This document shows positions 30,203-40,691 of a DNA stretch of 64,000 nt, piece after piece. The notes under the pieces are model-generated. The model was not told where the DNA came from. It did not search any database and was given only the letters and a program-made list of their open reading frames with translations. This DNA is from an uncultured Candidatus Entotheonella sp. GTDB lineage: Bacteria > Tectomicrobia > Entotheonellia > Entotheonellales > Entotheonellaceae. Within the stretch, counting starts at the first letter, position 1; each line of letters begins with the position of its first letter. The position numbers and the translations under genes are program-made. Location of the stretch: NCBI GenBank assembly GCA_965217185.1, contig OZ244252.1, positions 736,001 through 800,000 of the forward strand. The letters run 5' to 3'.

Positions 30203-30449
30203 CGGGGCGGCGCATTGGTCCGGCTGAAAACCGGCCATGCCGGCGCTATATAGTGCCCCCGGCTGAGCGGCGGCATTGAGAGAAGGTTGTACTTTGTCTT
30301 TCCGTGAGCGTGACTTGAAAGCCTCGCGGAAAGTGAAGGAAGCATGAATGTCAACATCCAGAGTTTATGAGCCCTGATGCGCCGTGCTGGATGGAGTGGA
30401 TCAATTGGCCCTACCGCTCGGTGGTCGTAAGCTACGATAAACCGGGATA

Positions 30450-30479
30450 TACGAGGTGGTACGAGGTGGTACGAGGTGG
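30450..30479 (+). repeat. Three tandem copies of TACGAGGTGG
   Basis: Read directly. Overlaps the GTG start at 30476. Confidence 0.9.
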
Positions 30480-31561
30480 GTATAGATTCCCAATACCGAA
30501 AATCGAGACGGTCCAGAAACGGCTGGCTTGCGGCGGTACACCGAGCGTTTACTTGGTTGGAAACCCTGATGGGTATCATGCCCCGTCAGGCTGAGTCAGA
30601 AACCGGTTCAGCCGATTCTTTGGAAAACCTGCCGACGGAAACGATCATGGACATTGACGTCTCTGTCTCGGCAGGGGGCCACTATCTGGATGAGGGCCTG
30701 GACGTCGTCGAACCAGAAGTTCAAATGGCGATAGATGAGAACCTGTTTTTGGACGACTCTCTTCAGCACGAAGGTTTCCCAGCCGGACCCGATGATTACG
30801 ATGAACCAGAACCTCTGGCTGAATATGACGGTAAACTTGCCGACCCGCTGTACAAGCCGGAAATCGACGATGGTAATCTCGTACGAAATCTGAGCATTGA
30901 TGAGATAATCGCGAGTGCCGAGGATGCAACAGATGGACAGCGCGATCGGATTGCCAGAGCGTTATCCGAGTACAGTTCCCGGAAACTATCCAACCTGCTA
31001 CGCTGGCTGAAAGGAAAAGTATGGACCGGCCATGCTCTACTTTTGTTCTTGGAATTCCGTATTCTGTGGAATGAAAACTCGCACTGGAAGGAAAGTTACT
31101 TCTGGTCGGAACAATTGTGTGATTGGTGTTTGAGCCCAAGACCCGCGGTCTTGAGGCGCAGTGACTGTTATCTGCTCGTTAACGCTCGCCTCCACTGCAC
31201 CCCTGATGAAGTGATTGATGAAGAGTGGTTTGAAGATTGGGATCGTTTTGCCCTGTGGGAGCATGGATTTCTCTCGTTCGCATCCTTTGCGCTTTTTCGT
31301 GCTCAACTTGAAGACGGCGATTGGCAGATTTTGCTCAAGTCGAAATCGAAAATAGTCCCCGGTATAAGTCAAGAAAGCGGATTCCTAGATACCTACGATC
31401 TGATTGAAGCCAACGCTCTATCATTCATGCTTCCCAGAAACACTGTCCATCGAATATACCAACGAGATTTTCAACGCCTCCCTCAGCTCAATCGGATGTC
31501 GCTATGGTATAAGGTTCAAGATTGGTATAACCCCGCCGAATGGCACGACAATCTTGATTGA
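30476..31561 (+). CDS. Hypothetical protein (acidic N-terminal half, Trp-rich C-terminal half)
   Basis: 361-codon ORF in a lower-GC island with no recognisable motif. Start uncertain (ATG 30569 is an alternative). Confidence 0.65.
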   Translation: MGIDSQYRKSRRSRNGWLAAVHRAFTWLETLMGIMPRQAESETGSADSLENLPTETIMDIDVSVSAGGHYLDEGLDVVEPEVQMAIDENLFLDDSLQHEGFPAGPDDYDEPEPLAEYDGKLADPLYKPEIDDGNLVRNLSIDEIIASAEDATDGQRDRIARALSEYSSRKLSNLLRWLKGKVWTGHALLLFLEFRILWNENSHWKESYFWSEQLCDWCLSPRPAVLRRSDCYLLVNARLHCTPDEVIDEEWFEDWDRFALWEHGFLSFASFALFRAQLEDGDWQILLKSKSKIVPGISQESGFLDTYDLIEANALSFMLPRNTVHRIYQRDFQRLPQLNRMSLWYKVQDWYNPAEWHDNLD

Positions 31562-31630
31562 ATTTCCTATGAATCCATCGCTGCTAACTGATTCATGTCC
31601 CGAATGAACATGCTCACAGGAGACTTGCAA

Positions 31631-34600
31631 ATGTCGGGCATCAAACAAAGACGACTTCTTGTCCCCGGAAAAGACTGTATGGTTTCACACCCTGACAAAG
31701 ATTCATTAGGGCGTAGGTCTCAAATTGACCAGTTAGGCGGCCCGTCCGTCCGCCAATTTTGTAGATAAACCAACAATACTCCAGAGGAGTGCTGCCCATC
31801 ACCCACCGTCCTACGTGACACTTTGTCACCTCGCGCATCAATCATGTCCCCAAGCCGTACCAAACCCCCTCAGAATCGCTCAATTTCGGACTTACACCCA
31901 TTCATTAGGCGTTGTCATCAGCAGCAGACAGGAAAGTGCAGCGGTCACCGTACAAGTTCATTGGGGCCGAGACAGGGTAACCGAATGGCATCCGGTATCA
32001 GAGTTGCGAAGCGGCTTTCAACCAGAACACATCGTGCAGGACAGACCGAAGTCCAACACACGAAAGCCTCTTGGAACTGGCACCGTGCGTACCTCACGCC
32101 GGATCGCTGGCCGCGACATGGTGCTGGTTCAGTTGCACGGAACGGGCGATAGTCGCTGGTTTTCCTATGAATGTCTGGTGCGTCTCAGAGACGCGCGCAT
32201 CAAATACGCCCAATCAGAGCAACGGGAACCGGACAATGCCGAGCGTTTTCGATTGAAGGTGCTGGCCTTCGCGCTCGAGTCCTGGAATCAGGTTACGGGA
32301 GCATTGGATCGCCTTGACGTCGATCCCTTGCCACACCAGATCGATTTGGTGCATCGCATAATGAATTCGGACGGATGGAATTGGCTCATCGCCGATGACG
32401 TCGGCTTGGGGAAAACCATTGAAGTCGGTCTGCTCCTGGCGGCAATGAAGCGGCGGCGACAAGCGCGGCGGGTGCTCGTCGTGTGTCCAGCGGGAGTGAC
32501 TCGTCAGTGGCAGGACGAAATGAAATACAAGTTCAACGAGGACTTCCGCATATACGGATTGGATTTCAACATCAACCAACCATCTCACTGGTCGTCATTC
32601 GACAAGGTAATCGTGTCCATCGACCGAGCAAAATCCAGTGGGCACAGCGCAATTTTCAACGATTCGGGCAATTGGGATGTCATCGTTTTCGACGAAGCTC
32701 ATCATCTCAGCAAGATTGAAAGACAAGCGGTTACACAGCGTTACCGACTCGCAGAAAGCCTTCAGCAGCTTACCGATGCTTTCATATTCCTGACTGGCAC
32801 ACCACACCAAGGGAGGACCGAGCAGTTCATCAATCTCTTGCTTCTGTTGCGCCCTGACCTGCGTCATCGATTCGCCACAGTGTTCACCGATCCTTCAGTA
32901 GTCGCCGAGGTGATTCTGCGCAATCGCAAGAGCTTGGTGACCGATGCCAACGGTAGGTTTCTGTTTCGCGGACAGGATACTCGTCTTGTCAAGGTGGTAT
33001 TGTCCGAGGAAGCCAGAGTCTTCGACCGCAGATTGCAGAGGTATTTGAAATATGGCTACGACGCGGCAGCAACGGGTGGGACAACCGGCCGTGCCATTGG
33101 GTTTGTAATGACCACTTATCGCAAACTGGCGTCTTCCAGCATCGCCGCCATCGAGCAAGCATTACAACGCCGTATGGCTCGTCTCCAAGGAGAAGCCAGC
33201 GGAAATATACGGAATATGCACGGAGAAACTTTTGATGAGTTGGCGGAAGCTTTTCAGGAAGGTACGGATGGCCATGATGACTTGGAAGATGTGGCCGACG
33301 CCGTCCTGGCAGAGGTGACCAGCATCGGTTCGCACTCCGATACGGCTGCCCATCCCTTTTTTGACGATGAGCAACTTCAGATCCGAGAATTGCTGCATGC
33401 CGCAAAAACGGTGAAGCAAGATGATCTCAAACTGCAACGGTTTCTGATCTTTACGGAGTACCGCGCAACGCAGGAATACCTTGTCAATGTTCTTGAGAAG
33501 CTCTATCCGAGCAGTGGCGTCGCGCGAATCAACGGCAGCATGCCCCTAACTGAGAAGAGTGCCAACATCACCCATTTCAATACTCGGGCGATGTTCATGG
33601 TTTCTACTGAGGCCGGTGGTGAAGGGATCAACCTGCATGAGCGATGCCACATCCTGGTCAACTATGACTTGCCATGGAACCCGAGGCGATTGGTTCAGAG
33701 AACAGGTCGGTTGTACCGCTACGGACAAGAGGAAAGGGTAATCACATTCAATCTGATGGCAGATGAAAGTTTCGATAACAAAGCGCTTAGCATGATGCTG
33801 GAACGTGTGTACAGCATTGCAAAAGACATGTCCAAGGTAGGTTCTGAATTTCAGGAAGGGTTGGAAACCGAGATCATAGGCGAATTACTGGAGCGTATCG
33901 ACATAGCCTCGATCCTCGCCGACAACAGGACGATGGATATGGACCGCACCGAATTGGAGATAGACGAGGCTCTTACACGAGCCAAAGAAGCAAGATCTCA
34001 ACAGGAAAAGCTTTTCTCACATATCGAAGGTTATGACCCCAACGCTGCGACAGCCATGTATGCTTTTGGACCAAGAGACATTCTCTCTTTTCTGGAGGGG
34101 ATTCTTCCGTATCGCCAAGTGATGATAAGGAGCCGTTTGTATAACGGCCGGGTATTGGAATTGGAGTTGCCCGAGGAAATGCAAGGCAGATACTCCGAGT
34201 TTCCCGAGCGTGCTACGATTGTTCGCGTTACGGTTGACAGGGAATTGGCAACTCGCAACGCTCACTATGTTCCAATGGATTTCGCCAGCCCCTTTTTTTC
34301 CGACCTAATCGAATACGCCAAATCGCCCGAGTTCAAAGGAGAATACGCCAGCTTGCTCGGGCCAGCTTCGGGTTCCTGCAGCATCTACAAGATTCGTTGG
34401 CAGAACGACCAAGGCATTCCTCGTTGGGAGATGCTGTTGTCGGTGTTCCTGCCGCAGGGCAGCGAGGAAACGGTTATTGATCCTGACTTCTTCGGTAGTC
34501 TACTCACCACTCCGGCAATCGGCTCTAAACCATCTTGTTTTGGCAGTCCCGATAACCGAAAAATTCGGTTAAAGCGCATGGACAGCCGTGCCGAGGCCGA

Positions 34601-34730
34601 ATTGGCAAGCCGTTGCACGATCACCCGACACCCTAACGATATTGTTTTGGTGGCCGCAGCAGCCTTGGTCGCTGATGTATCAGCACACAAAAGAAGCAGG
34701 GAAGAGGAGCAAATAGGCCCCATCATATGA
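31631..34730 (+). pseudogene. SNF2/RapA-like superfamily 2 helicase interrupted after codon 26 by a MITE; frame 31815-34730 remains open
   Basis: PLPHQ, LIADDVGLGKT, DEAHH, LTGTPHQG, STEAGGEGINL, YDLPWNP, QRTGRLYRYGQ. RBS CAGGAG before ATG 31631. Removing the MITE and one TSD copy gives a continuous 966-aa frame. Confidence 0.8.
31709..31899. mobile_element. 191-bp MITE / internally deleted IS with 20-bp imperfect TIRs and an 8-bp TSD
   Basis: Left end GGGCGTAGGTCTCAAATTGA versus reverse complement of the right end GGGTGTAAGTCCGAAATTGA (16/20 match). Flanked by ATTCATTA at 31701-08 and 31900-07. Confidence 0.88.
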
Positions 34731-34791
34731 CTGCGCATCTGGTTATCGTGTCACTCTCCTGCCACCCCGTCCATACAGCGAAGGATACCGA

Positions 34792-35313
34792 ATGGCGGTA
34801 TTACCCATCCGCACCTACCCGGACGGCGTGTTGCGCCGCAAGGCCCAGCCGGTTGAGCGCATTGATGACGCGCTTCAGCAACTGATCGACGATATGATCG
34901 AAACCATGTACGCGGCGCCGGGGATCGGGTTGGCCGCGCCCCAGGCTGGCGTGTCCTTGCGGGTCTTCGTCGTTGACATTACCAGCGGCCAGGATCCGAA
35001 CGGGGTGATAACGGCCATCAATCCCGAACTCAACGGCCTCGAAGGCCGCGTGCAGGCGGACGAAGGGTGCCTGAGCCTTCCCGGCATCTATGGCCCGACG
35101 CCGCGCGCCGCCGAGGTGCTGTTGCGGTGCACCAACCGCGCGGGCGAAGCGGTCGAAATCCCCGCCCAGAACCTCCTGGCACGGGCGTTTCAGCACGAAA
35201 CCGACCACCTGGAAGGGCGGTTCTTTTTCAACCGTATGGGCACTGTCGGCCGTGATATCGTCCTGCGGAAATTCAGGCGCGCTCAACGCCAGTCGCAGGG
35301 CAAGAGCAACTAG
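34792..35313 (+). CDS. def: Peptide deformylase
   Basis: GIGLAAPQ, EGCLS, QHETDHL. Confidence 0.96.
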   Translation: MAVLPIRTYPDGVLRRKAQPVERIDDALQQLIDDMIETMYAAPGIGLAAPQAGVSLRVFVVDITSGQDPNGVITAINPELNGLEGRVQADEGCLSLPGIYGPTPRAAEVLLRCTNRAGEAVEIPAQNLLARAFQHETDHLEGRFFFNRMGTVGRDIVLRKFRRAQRQSQGKSN

Positions 35314-35350
35314 ACACTTTCGGACCAGGACGGTGTGTAATCCGGGGCTT

Positions 35351-35389
35351 TCCCCCTCACCCCAACCCTCTCCCGCCGGGGGAGAGGGA
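35351..35389. repeat. REP-like palindromic element
   Basis: CCCCTCACCCCAACCCTCTCCC-GCCGG-GGGAGAGGG, with a 9-bp stem at 35366-74/35380-88. Confidence 0.6.
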
Positions 35390-35401
35390 ACGGAGTCATC
35401 C

Positions 35402-36334
35402 ATGCGGGTCATTTTCATGGGTACGGCCCCCTTTGCCGAGCCGACGTTGCGCGGCCTGTTCGCCTCGTCTCACGACGTTTTGGCGGTGGTGACGCAACCG
35501 GATCGACCGCGCGGCCGCGGCCGTAAACCATCGCCGTCGCCGATCAAGGCATTGGCCATGACGCAGGACTGCGCCGTGTTGCAGCCCGTGAGCTTGCGCC
35601 GGGATGCGGCTGTTGTTGAGCAATTGTCGTCCCTGCGCCCGGAGGCCATCGTGGTGGTGGCCTATGGCAACATTCTGCCGTCGTCGGTATTGGAAATTCC
35701 GTTGCATGGCTGCATCAACGTCCACGCTTCCCTGCTGCCGAAATACCGCGGGGCGGCGCCGATCAACTGGGCTCTGATGCGGGGGGAGGCCGTGACCGGC
35801 TGTACGGTGATCCAGATGGACGAGCACGTGGATACGGGCGACATCTGGTGGCACGACGCCTGCGACATAACGGCGGACGATGACGCCCTGAGCCTGGGCG
35901 CCCGGCTGGCGGATCTCGGCGCCGCCGGCCTGCTTGAGGTGCTTGCAGCCATCGAACAGGGAACAATGGCGCCGCACCCCCAACCCGAAGATGGCGTTTC
36001 GTATGCGCCAAAGCTGACCAAGGAATTGAGTCCTGTCGACTGGCAGCAGCCGGCCGCGGTGGTACACAATTGCGTTCGCGGCCTGGTTCCGTGGCCGGGA
36101 GCCACGACCCGTTTCGGCGACCTGGACGTCAAGCTGTGGCGCACCGCCGTCCACGACGAACCCCATGCGGAGGCGCCGGGCACGGTGACCGCGGTGACGC
36201 CGGAGGGGTTGCTTGTCGCCTGCGGCACCGATCAGCTGTTCATCCATGAGCTTCAACCGGCCAATCGGCGCCGTATGCCGGCATCCGACTTTGCGCAGGG
36301 CTACCGCGTTCAGCAGGGGCAACGGTTTGCCTGA
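35402..36334 (+). CDS. fmt: Methionyl-tRNA formyltransferase
   Basis: IFMGTAPFA, VVTQPDRPRGRG, INVHASLLPKYRGAAPI. Confidence 0.96.
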   Translation: MRVIFMGTAPFAEPTLRGLFASSHDVLAVVTQPDRPRGRGRKPSPSPIKALAMTQDCAVLQPVSLRRDAAVVEQLSSLRPEAIVVVAYGNILPSSVLEIPLHGCINVHASLLPKYRGAAPINWALMRGEAVTGCTVIQMDEHVDTGDIWWHDACDITADDDALSLGARLADLGAAGLLEVLAAIEQGTMAPHPQPEDGVSYAPKLTKELSPVDWQQPAAVVHNCVRGLVPWPGATTRFGDLDVKLWRTAVHDEPHAEAPGTVTAVTPEGLLVACGTDQLFIHELQPANRRRMPASDFAQGYRVQQGQRFA

Positions 36335-37697
36335 AGCTGAGCCCCGAGGCGAAACGGCACGGCAGACGGCTCTGCGCGCGCTCCACGCCATTGACGCGGA
36401 GCAGGCTTACACGGACGTGGCGCTGCGGCAGATGTTGAACGACAGCGCCCTGGAGCGGCGGGACCGGGCTTTCGTGACGGCGTGTGTGTACGGCGCGGTG
36501 CGCTGGCAGGGGCGTATCGATTGGCTGTTGTCAAAGGCGTGTAGCCGCCCGCTCGACTCTCTGACGCCCTGGATTCGCAACATCCTCAGGCTGGGAGCTT
36601 ATCAATGTTTGTGGATGGAACAGGTCCCACCTCGCGCGGCGGTGCATACCTCGGTGGAGTTGGCGCGGCGTTTTGGGCACGCCGGGGTCGCCGGTCTGGT
36701 GAACGGCGTTCTGCGAACCCTGCTGCGGCGGCACACCACGTATGCTCTGCCGGACGCCGACACGCAGCCGGCGGCGCATCTCGCGGTGGCGCACTCGCAT
36801 CCGCAATGGCTGGTTGAACGCTGGCTGGACCGTTATGGCTGGGCGCGTACGGAAGCCCTGTGCGCCGAGAATAATCGTCCCCGAGACGTCACGCTGCGGG
36901 TCAACACGTTGCGCACCGCCCCGCAGGCTTTGGCGCAGCGCCTTGTGCAAGAGGGGATGCGGCTGGTCAGGCCCTCCCGTCTGCTGGCGGAGGCGCTGGT
37001 CGTGCAGGGAACGAGTCGCTTGGACGCGCTGCCGAGTTACCGGGACGGCTTATTCCAGGTTCAGGACGAAGGCGCCATGCTGGTGGCGCCGTTGTGCCGG
37101 GCGCAGCCCGGACAGCGCGTGCTGGATGCCTGTGCAGCGCCGGGCGGCAAGACGACCCACCTTGCCCAGCTCATGAGCGATACGGGGCAGATCCTGGCCT
37201 GCGACGGGCAGGCGAGCCGCTTGCAGTTTCTGGATGCCAACGTGCGGCGTCTGCGGTTGACGAGCATCACCCACGCGGTGTCGGACAGCACCGGGCCGCT
37301 GCCGTGGTCGGGTGTCTTCGACCGTATTCTCGTGGATGCGCCGTGTTCCGGGCTGGGCGTGCTGAGCCGTCATCCTGACATCAAGTGGCGCAAAGGCTTC
37401 GAGGATCTGCAGGGCTTGCAAGCCACGCAGTTGGCGCTGCTTGAGGCGCAAAGCCGATGCCTCGCCGCTGATGGGTTGTTGGTGTATAGTGTGTGCTCCA
37501 ACGAGCCGGAGGAGACGCGCGACGTGGTGCGGATGTTCCTGGAGCGCCACCCGGAACTGCGGCTTGACGCGGTGGCCGGTGACCTTCCAAAAGAACTCGA
37601 TCAGCATTCTTCCCATATCGAAACCCTTGCCCTGACGCCGGAGCAGTATGGCACCGAGGGCGTCTTTGCGGCCCGTTTTCGCGCCCGAAACTCGTAA
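36327..37697 (+). CDS. rsmB: 16S rRNA m5C967 methyltransferase RsmB (Sun)
   Basis: NusB-like N-terminus, QVQDEGA, DACAAPGGKT, DAPCSGLG, YSVCS. The TTG start is inferred. Confidence 0.93.
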   Translation: MPEAEPRGETARQTALRALHAIDAEQAYTDVALRQMLNDSALERRDRAFVTACVYGAVRWQGRIDWLLSKACSRPLDSLTPWIRNILRLGAYQCLWMEQVPPRAAVHTSVELARRFGHAGVAGLVNGVLRTLLRRHTTYALPDADTQPAAHLAVAHSHPQWLVERWLDRYGWARTEALCAENNRPRDVTLRVNTLRTAPQALAQRLVQEGMRLVRPSRLLAEALVVQGTSRLDALPSYRDGLFQVQDEGAMLVAPLCRAQPGQRVLDACAAPGGKTTHLAQLMSDTGQILACDGQASRLQFLDANVRRLRLTSITHAVSDSTGPLPWSGVFDRILVDAPCSGLGVLSRHPDIKWRKGFEDLQGLQATQLALLEAQSRCLAADGLLVYSVCSNEPEETRDVVRMFLERHPELRLDAVAGDLPKELDQHSSHIETLALTPEQYGTEGVFAARFRARNS

Positions 37698-37714
37698 CGT
37701 TGAGGAAGTTCCGT

Positions 37715-38362
37715 ATGGTGAAGATCGCTCCCTCGATACTGGCGGCGGATTTCACCCGTTTGGGTGAAGAGATCGCTCAGGTTGAGGCCGCCGGGGCCGA
37801 CCTGTTGCACGTCGACGTGATGGATGGTCATTTCGTGCCTAACCTGACTATCGGCCCGCCCGTGATCAAGGCCATCAAGGCGGTCACCAAGCTGCCGTTG
37901 GACGTTCATCTGATGGTCGAGCAACCGGACGCCCTGTTGCCGGATTTTATCGATGCCGGCAGTGACAATCTGACGGTTCACGTCGAAGCCTGCCGCCACC
38001 TGCACCGCACCATCCAGTCCATCAAGGATGCCGGGGTGCGCGCCAGTGTCGTCTTGAATCCCGCCACCTCGCTGCACGCCCTGGACGAGATCCTTCCCGA
38101 GGTGCATATGGTGCTTCTGATGTCGGTCAATCCGGGCTTCGGCGGACAACGCTTTCTGCCCGCGACGCTCGACAAAATCCGCGCGCTCAGGGCACAGATC
38201 GGGGAACGTCAGTTGCCGGTGTCCATCGAAGTCGATGGGGGAGTGAAGGCCGATAACGCTGCCGAGATTTGCGCTGCCGGTGCCGACGTTCTGGTGGCCG
38301 GCACGGCGATCTTCGGACAGCCGGATTACGGGGCGGCCATCCGGGCATTACGGGCTGCATAG
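37715..38362 (+). CDS. rpe: Ribulose-phosphate 3-epimerase
   Basis: IAPSILAADF, HVDVMDGHFVPNLT, MSVNPGFGGQ, VDGG. Confidence 0.97.
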   Translation: MVKIAPSILAADFTRLGEEIAQVEAAGADLLHVDVMDGHFVPNLTIGPPVIKAIKAVTKLPLDVHLMVEQPDALLPDFIDAGSDNLTVHVEACRHLHRTIQSIKDAGVRASVVLNPATSLHALDEILPEVHMVLLMSVNPGFGGQRFLPATLDKIRALRAQIGERQLPVSIEVDGGVKADNAAEICAAGADVLVAGTAIFGQPDYGAAIRALRAA

Positions 38363-38472
38363 GGGTGCCGCTCGGCCTGCCAGGGGCCGCGGCGCTTGAC
38401 AAGGGGCCAGAAAACACAATAATTCCCCAGTTCCCTGGCACGTTACCCGACTTGGAGACCCAAGGACGCGGC

Positions 38473-39810
38473 ATGTTTGAATCCCTTTCGGCAAAACTCG
38501 ACGGCATTTTCTCCCACCTGCGCAGGCGTGGCAAGTTGACGGAAGCCAACATCAAGGAGGCGACGCGCGAAATCCGGCTGGCGCTTCTGGAAGCGGACGT
38601 CAACTTTCAGGTCGTCAAGGATTTTGTGCAGCGGGTGCGGGAGCAGGCCCTCGGGCAGGAAGTCATGCGTAGCCTGACGCCGGGCCAGCAAGTGGTGAAG
38701 ATCGTCCGTGACGAATTGACGACCCTCATGGGATCGCAGCACGCGCCGCTTACCATGGCGTCGCCGCCGCCGACCACCTTTCTTCTGGTTGGCCTGCAGG
38801 GCTCCGGGAAGACCACCTCGGCAGCCAAGCTTGCGAGGAAGCTGCAGGAGATGGGGCGCCGCCCTTTGTTGGTGGCGGCCGACGTGTATCGCCCCGCGGC
38901 GATGGAGCAATTACGCCTGCTTGGTGAGCAGCTCGAGGTTCCCGTGGTGGTGCGACAGGATTCCCGCGACCCGGTTGACATCTGCCGGCAGGCTTTCGAG
39001 GAGGCGCCTCAGCATCAGGCCGATGCCATCGTCATTGACACGGCGGGACGGTTGCAAATTGACGAGACGCTGATGCAGGAGCTGGCGGAGATCAAGACGG
39101 CCACTAATCCCCGCTACACGTTTCTCGTGGTTGATGCAATGACCGGGCAAGAAGCGGTCAATGTGGCAACGGCCTTCAACGAGGCGGTGAGCATTGAGGG
39201 CGTGATTCTCACCAAGCTGGACGGCGACGCCCGGGGTGGGGCGGCGTTGTCGATCCAGGCGGTGGTCGGCAAGCCCATCCAATTCGTCGGGGTTGGTGAA
39301 AAGCTGGACGCCTTGGAAGCCTTCCACCCGGAGCGCATGGCGTCGAGGCTCCTTGGTATGGGCGATGTGTTGACGCTCATCGAAAGGGCCGAACAGGCCA
39401 TCGACCCCGAATCGGTTGCGGACCTTGAGTCGAAGATGCGCCAGGCGAGCTTCACGCTCGAGGACTTTCAAAGCCAATTGCGTCAGGTCAAGCAGATGGG
39501 GCCACTGGAGAATCTGATGGAGTTGATTCCGGGCCTCAAGGGCGCCAAGCTCCCGGTGGCCGGTGAGAAGGACTTGAAGAAGGTTGAGGCCATCATCGGT
39601 TCCATGACCTTGGTCGAACGGCGCAACCCGGCTCTGATCAACGGCAACCGGCGGAAGCGCATCGCCCTCGGCAGCGGCACCCGGGTGGAGGATGTTAATC
39701 GCTTACTGAAACAGTTCGGTCAGATGCGCAAGCTCATGAAGTCCATGATGACTGGCAAGGGCAAGAGCCGTCGCAGGTGGGCGGGAATGCCCATGGTACG
39801 ACCCTTTTGA
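38473..39810 (+). CDS. ffh: Signal recognition particle protein
   Basis: ALLEADV, GLQGSGKTT, DTAGR, TKLDGDARGGAALS and the M-domain. Confidence 0.97.
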   Translation: MFESLSAKLDGIFSHLRRRGKLTEANIKEATREIRLALLEADVNFQVVKDFVQRVREQALGQEVMRSLTPGQQVVKIVRDELTTLMGSQHAPLTMASPPPTTFLLVGLQGSGKTTSAAKLARKLQEMGRRPLLVAADVYRPAAMEQLRLLGEQLEVPVVVRQDSRDPVDICRQAFEEAPQHQADAIVIDTAGRLQIDETLMQELAEIKTATNPRYTFLVVDAMTGQEAVNVATAFNEAVSIEGVILTKLDGDARGGAALSIQAVVGKPIQFVGVGEKLDALEAFHPERMASRLLGMGDVLTLIERAEQAIDPESVADLESKMRQASFTLEDFQSQLRQVKQMGPLENLMELIPGLKGAKLPVAGEKDLKKVEAIIGSMTLVERRNPALINGNRRKRIALGSGTRVEDVNRLLKQFGQMRKLMKSMMTGKGKSRRRWAGMPMVRPF

Positions 39811-39848
39811 GGGGTGATCTTTTTACAATTTCAACATGAGGTGTTCGA

Positions 39849-40130
39849 GTGGCTGTTCGTATTCGCCTGAAACGCATGGGCGCCAAGAAGCGTCCTTTCT
39901 ATCGTATTATCGTAGCCGACGCGCGGGCACCGCGTGACGGTCGGTTCATTGAGACGTTGGGGACCTACAACCCGCTTACGGAGCCGTCTGAGGTGAAGCT
40001 GGCGGAAGACAAAATCCGCCTGTGGCTGGCGCGGGGAGCGCAGCCCTCCGACCCTGTGCGCGATATCTTGAAACGCCAAGGGTTGTTGGGTTCGGGAAGC
40101 GCCGTTGCGGTGTCTGAGGAAGAAAGCTGA
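39849..40130 (+). CDS. rpsP: 30S ribosomal protein S16
   Basis: [33 protein letters not shown]. Confidence 0.97.
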   Translation: MAVRIRLKRMGAKKRPFYRIIVADARAPRDGRFIETLGTYNPLTEPSEVKLAEDKIRLWLARGAQPSDPVRDILKRQGLLGSGSAVAVSEEES

Positions 40131-40163
40131 TCGCCTGTAACCGGTGGCAGGGGATACGGCAGG

Positions 40164-40676
40164 ATGGAGCACGAAAAGCTCGTTGCCATTGGTCGTTTTA
40201 CGAAGCCGCATGGCGTTCGGGGCGAACTGGTCTTCCTGCCGTATGTGTCTGACGTGGCGCTGCTGCCCGACCTCAGTGACCGGCAGGTGCGAATACGGCA
40301 CAAGACGGCCCGCGCGCAGATATGCACGATTCTGGCGTGGCGTATAGCCCATAGCCGGGTGCTGGTGCAAATCGAAAGCTGTCGAGACCTATCCGAGGCG
40401 GAATTACTGCGAGATTACGAAGTGGTCGTCCCGTGCCAGTGGTTTTCTCCCTTGCCCGTCGGTGAATACTACTGGTTTGAAATCGAAGGTCTGACCGTGT
40501 ACGCCGGCGACGGACAGGCGTTGGGCATCGTGACGGACATCATTCACACCGGCAGCAACGATGTCTACGTTGTCAGCCATGATGGCCGGGAGACCCTGGT
40601 GCCAGCCCTTAAAGACATTGTCCGCACCATTGACCTGAAGGGCGGTGCGATGTACCTCCACAACCTGCCCGGCTGA
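40164..40676 (+). CDS. rimM: 16S rRNA processing protein RimM
   Basis: KPHGVRGEL, EYYWFEIEGL, TGSNDVYVV, and gene order. Confidence 0.93.
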   Translation: MEHEKLVAIGRFTKPHGVRGELVFLPYVSDVALLPDLSDRQVRIRHKTARAQICTILAWRIAHSRVLVQIESCRDLSEAELLRDYEVVVPCQWFSPLPVGEYYWFEIEGLTVYAGDGQALGIVTDIIHTGSNDVYVVSHDGRETLVPALKDIVRTIDLKGGAMYLHNLPG

Positions 40677-40691
40677 ACTGACCCGTACACG

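Noticed and set aside
35090..35401. N-terminal extension of Fmt
   Set aside because: It overlaps def and the REP-like repeat. The canonical start MRVIFMGT is at 35402.
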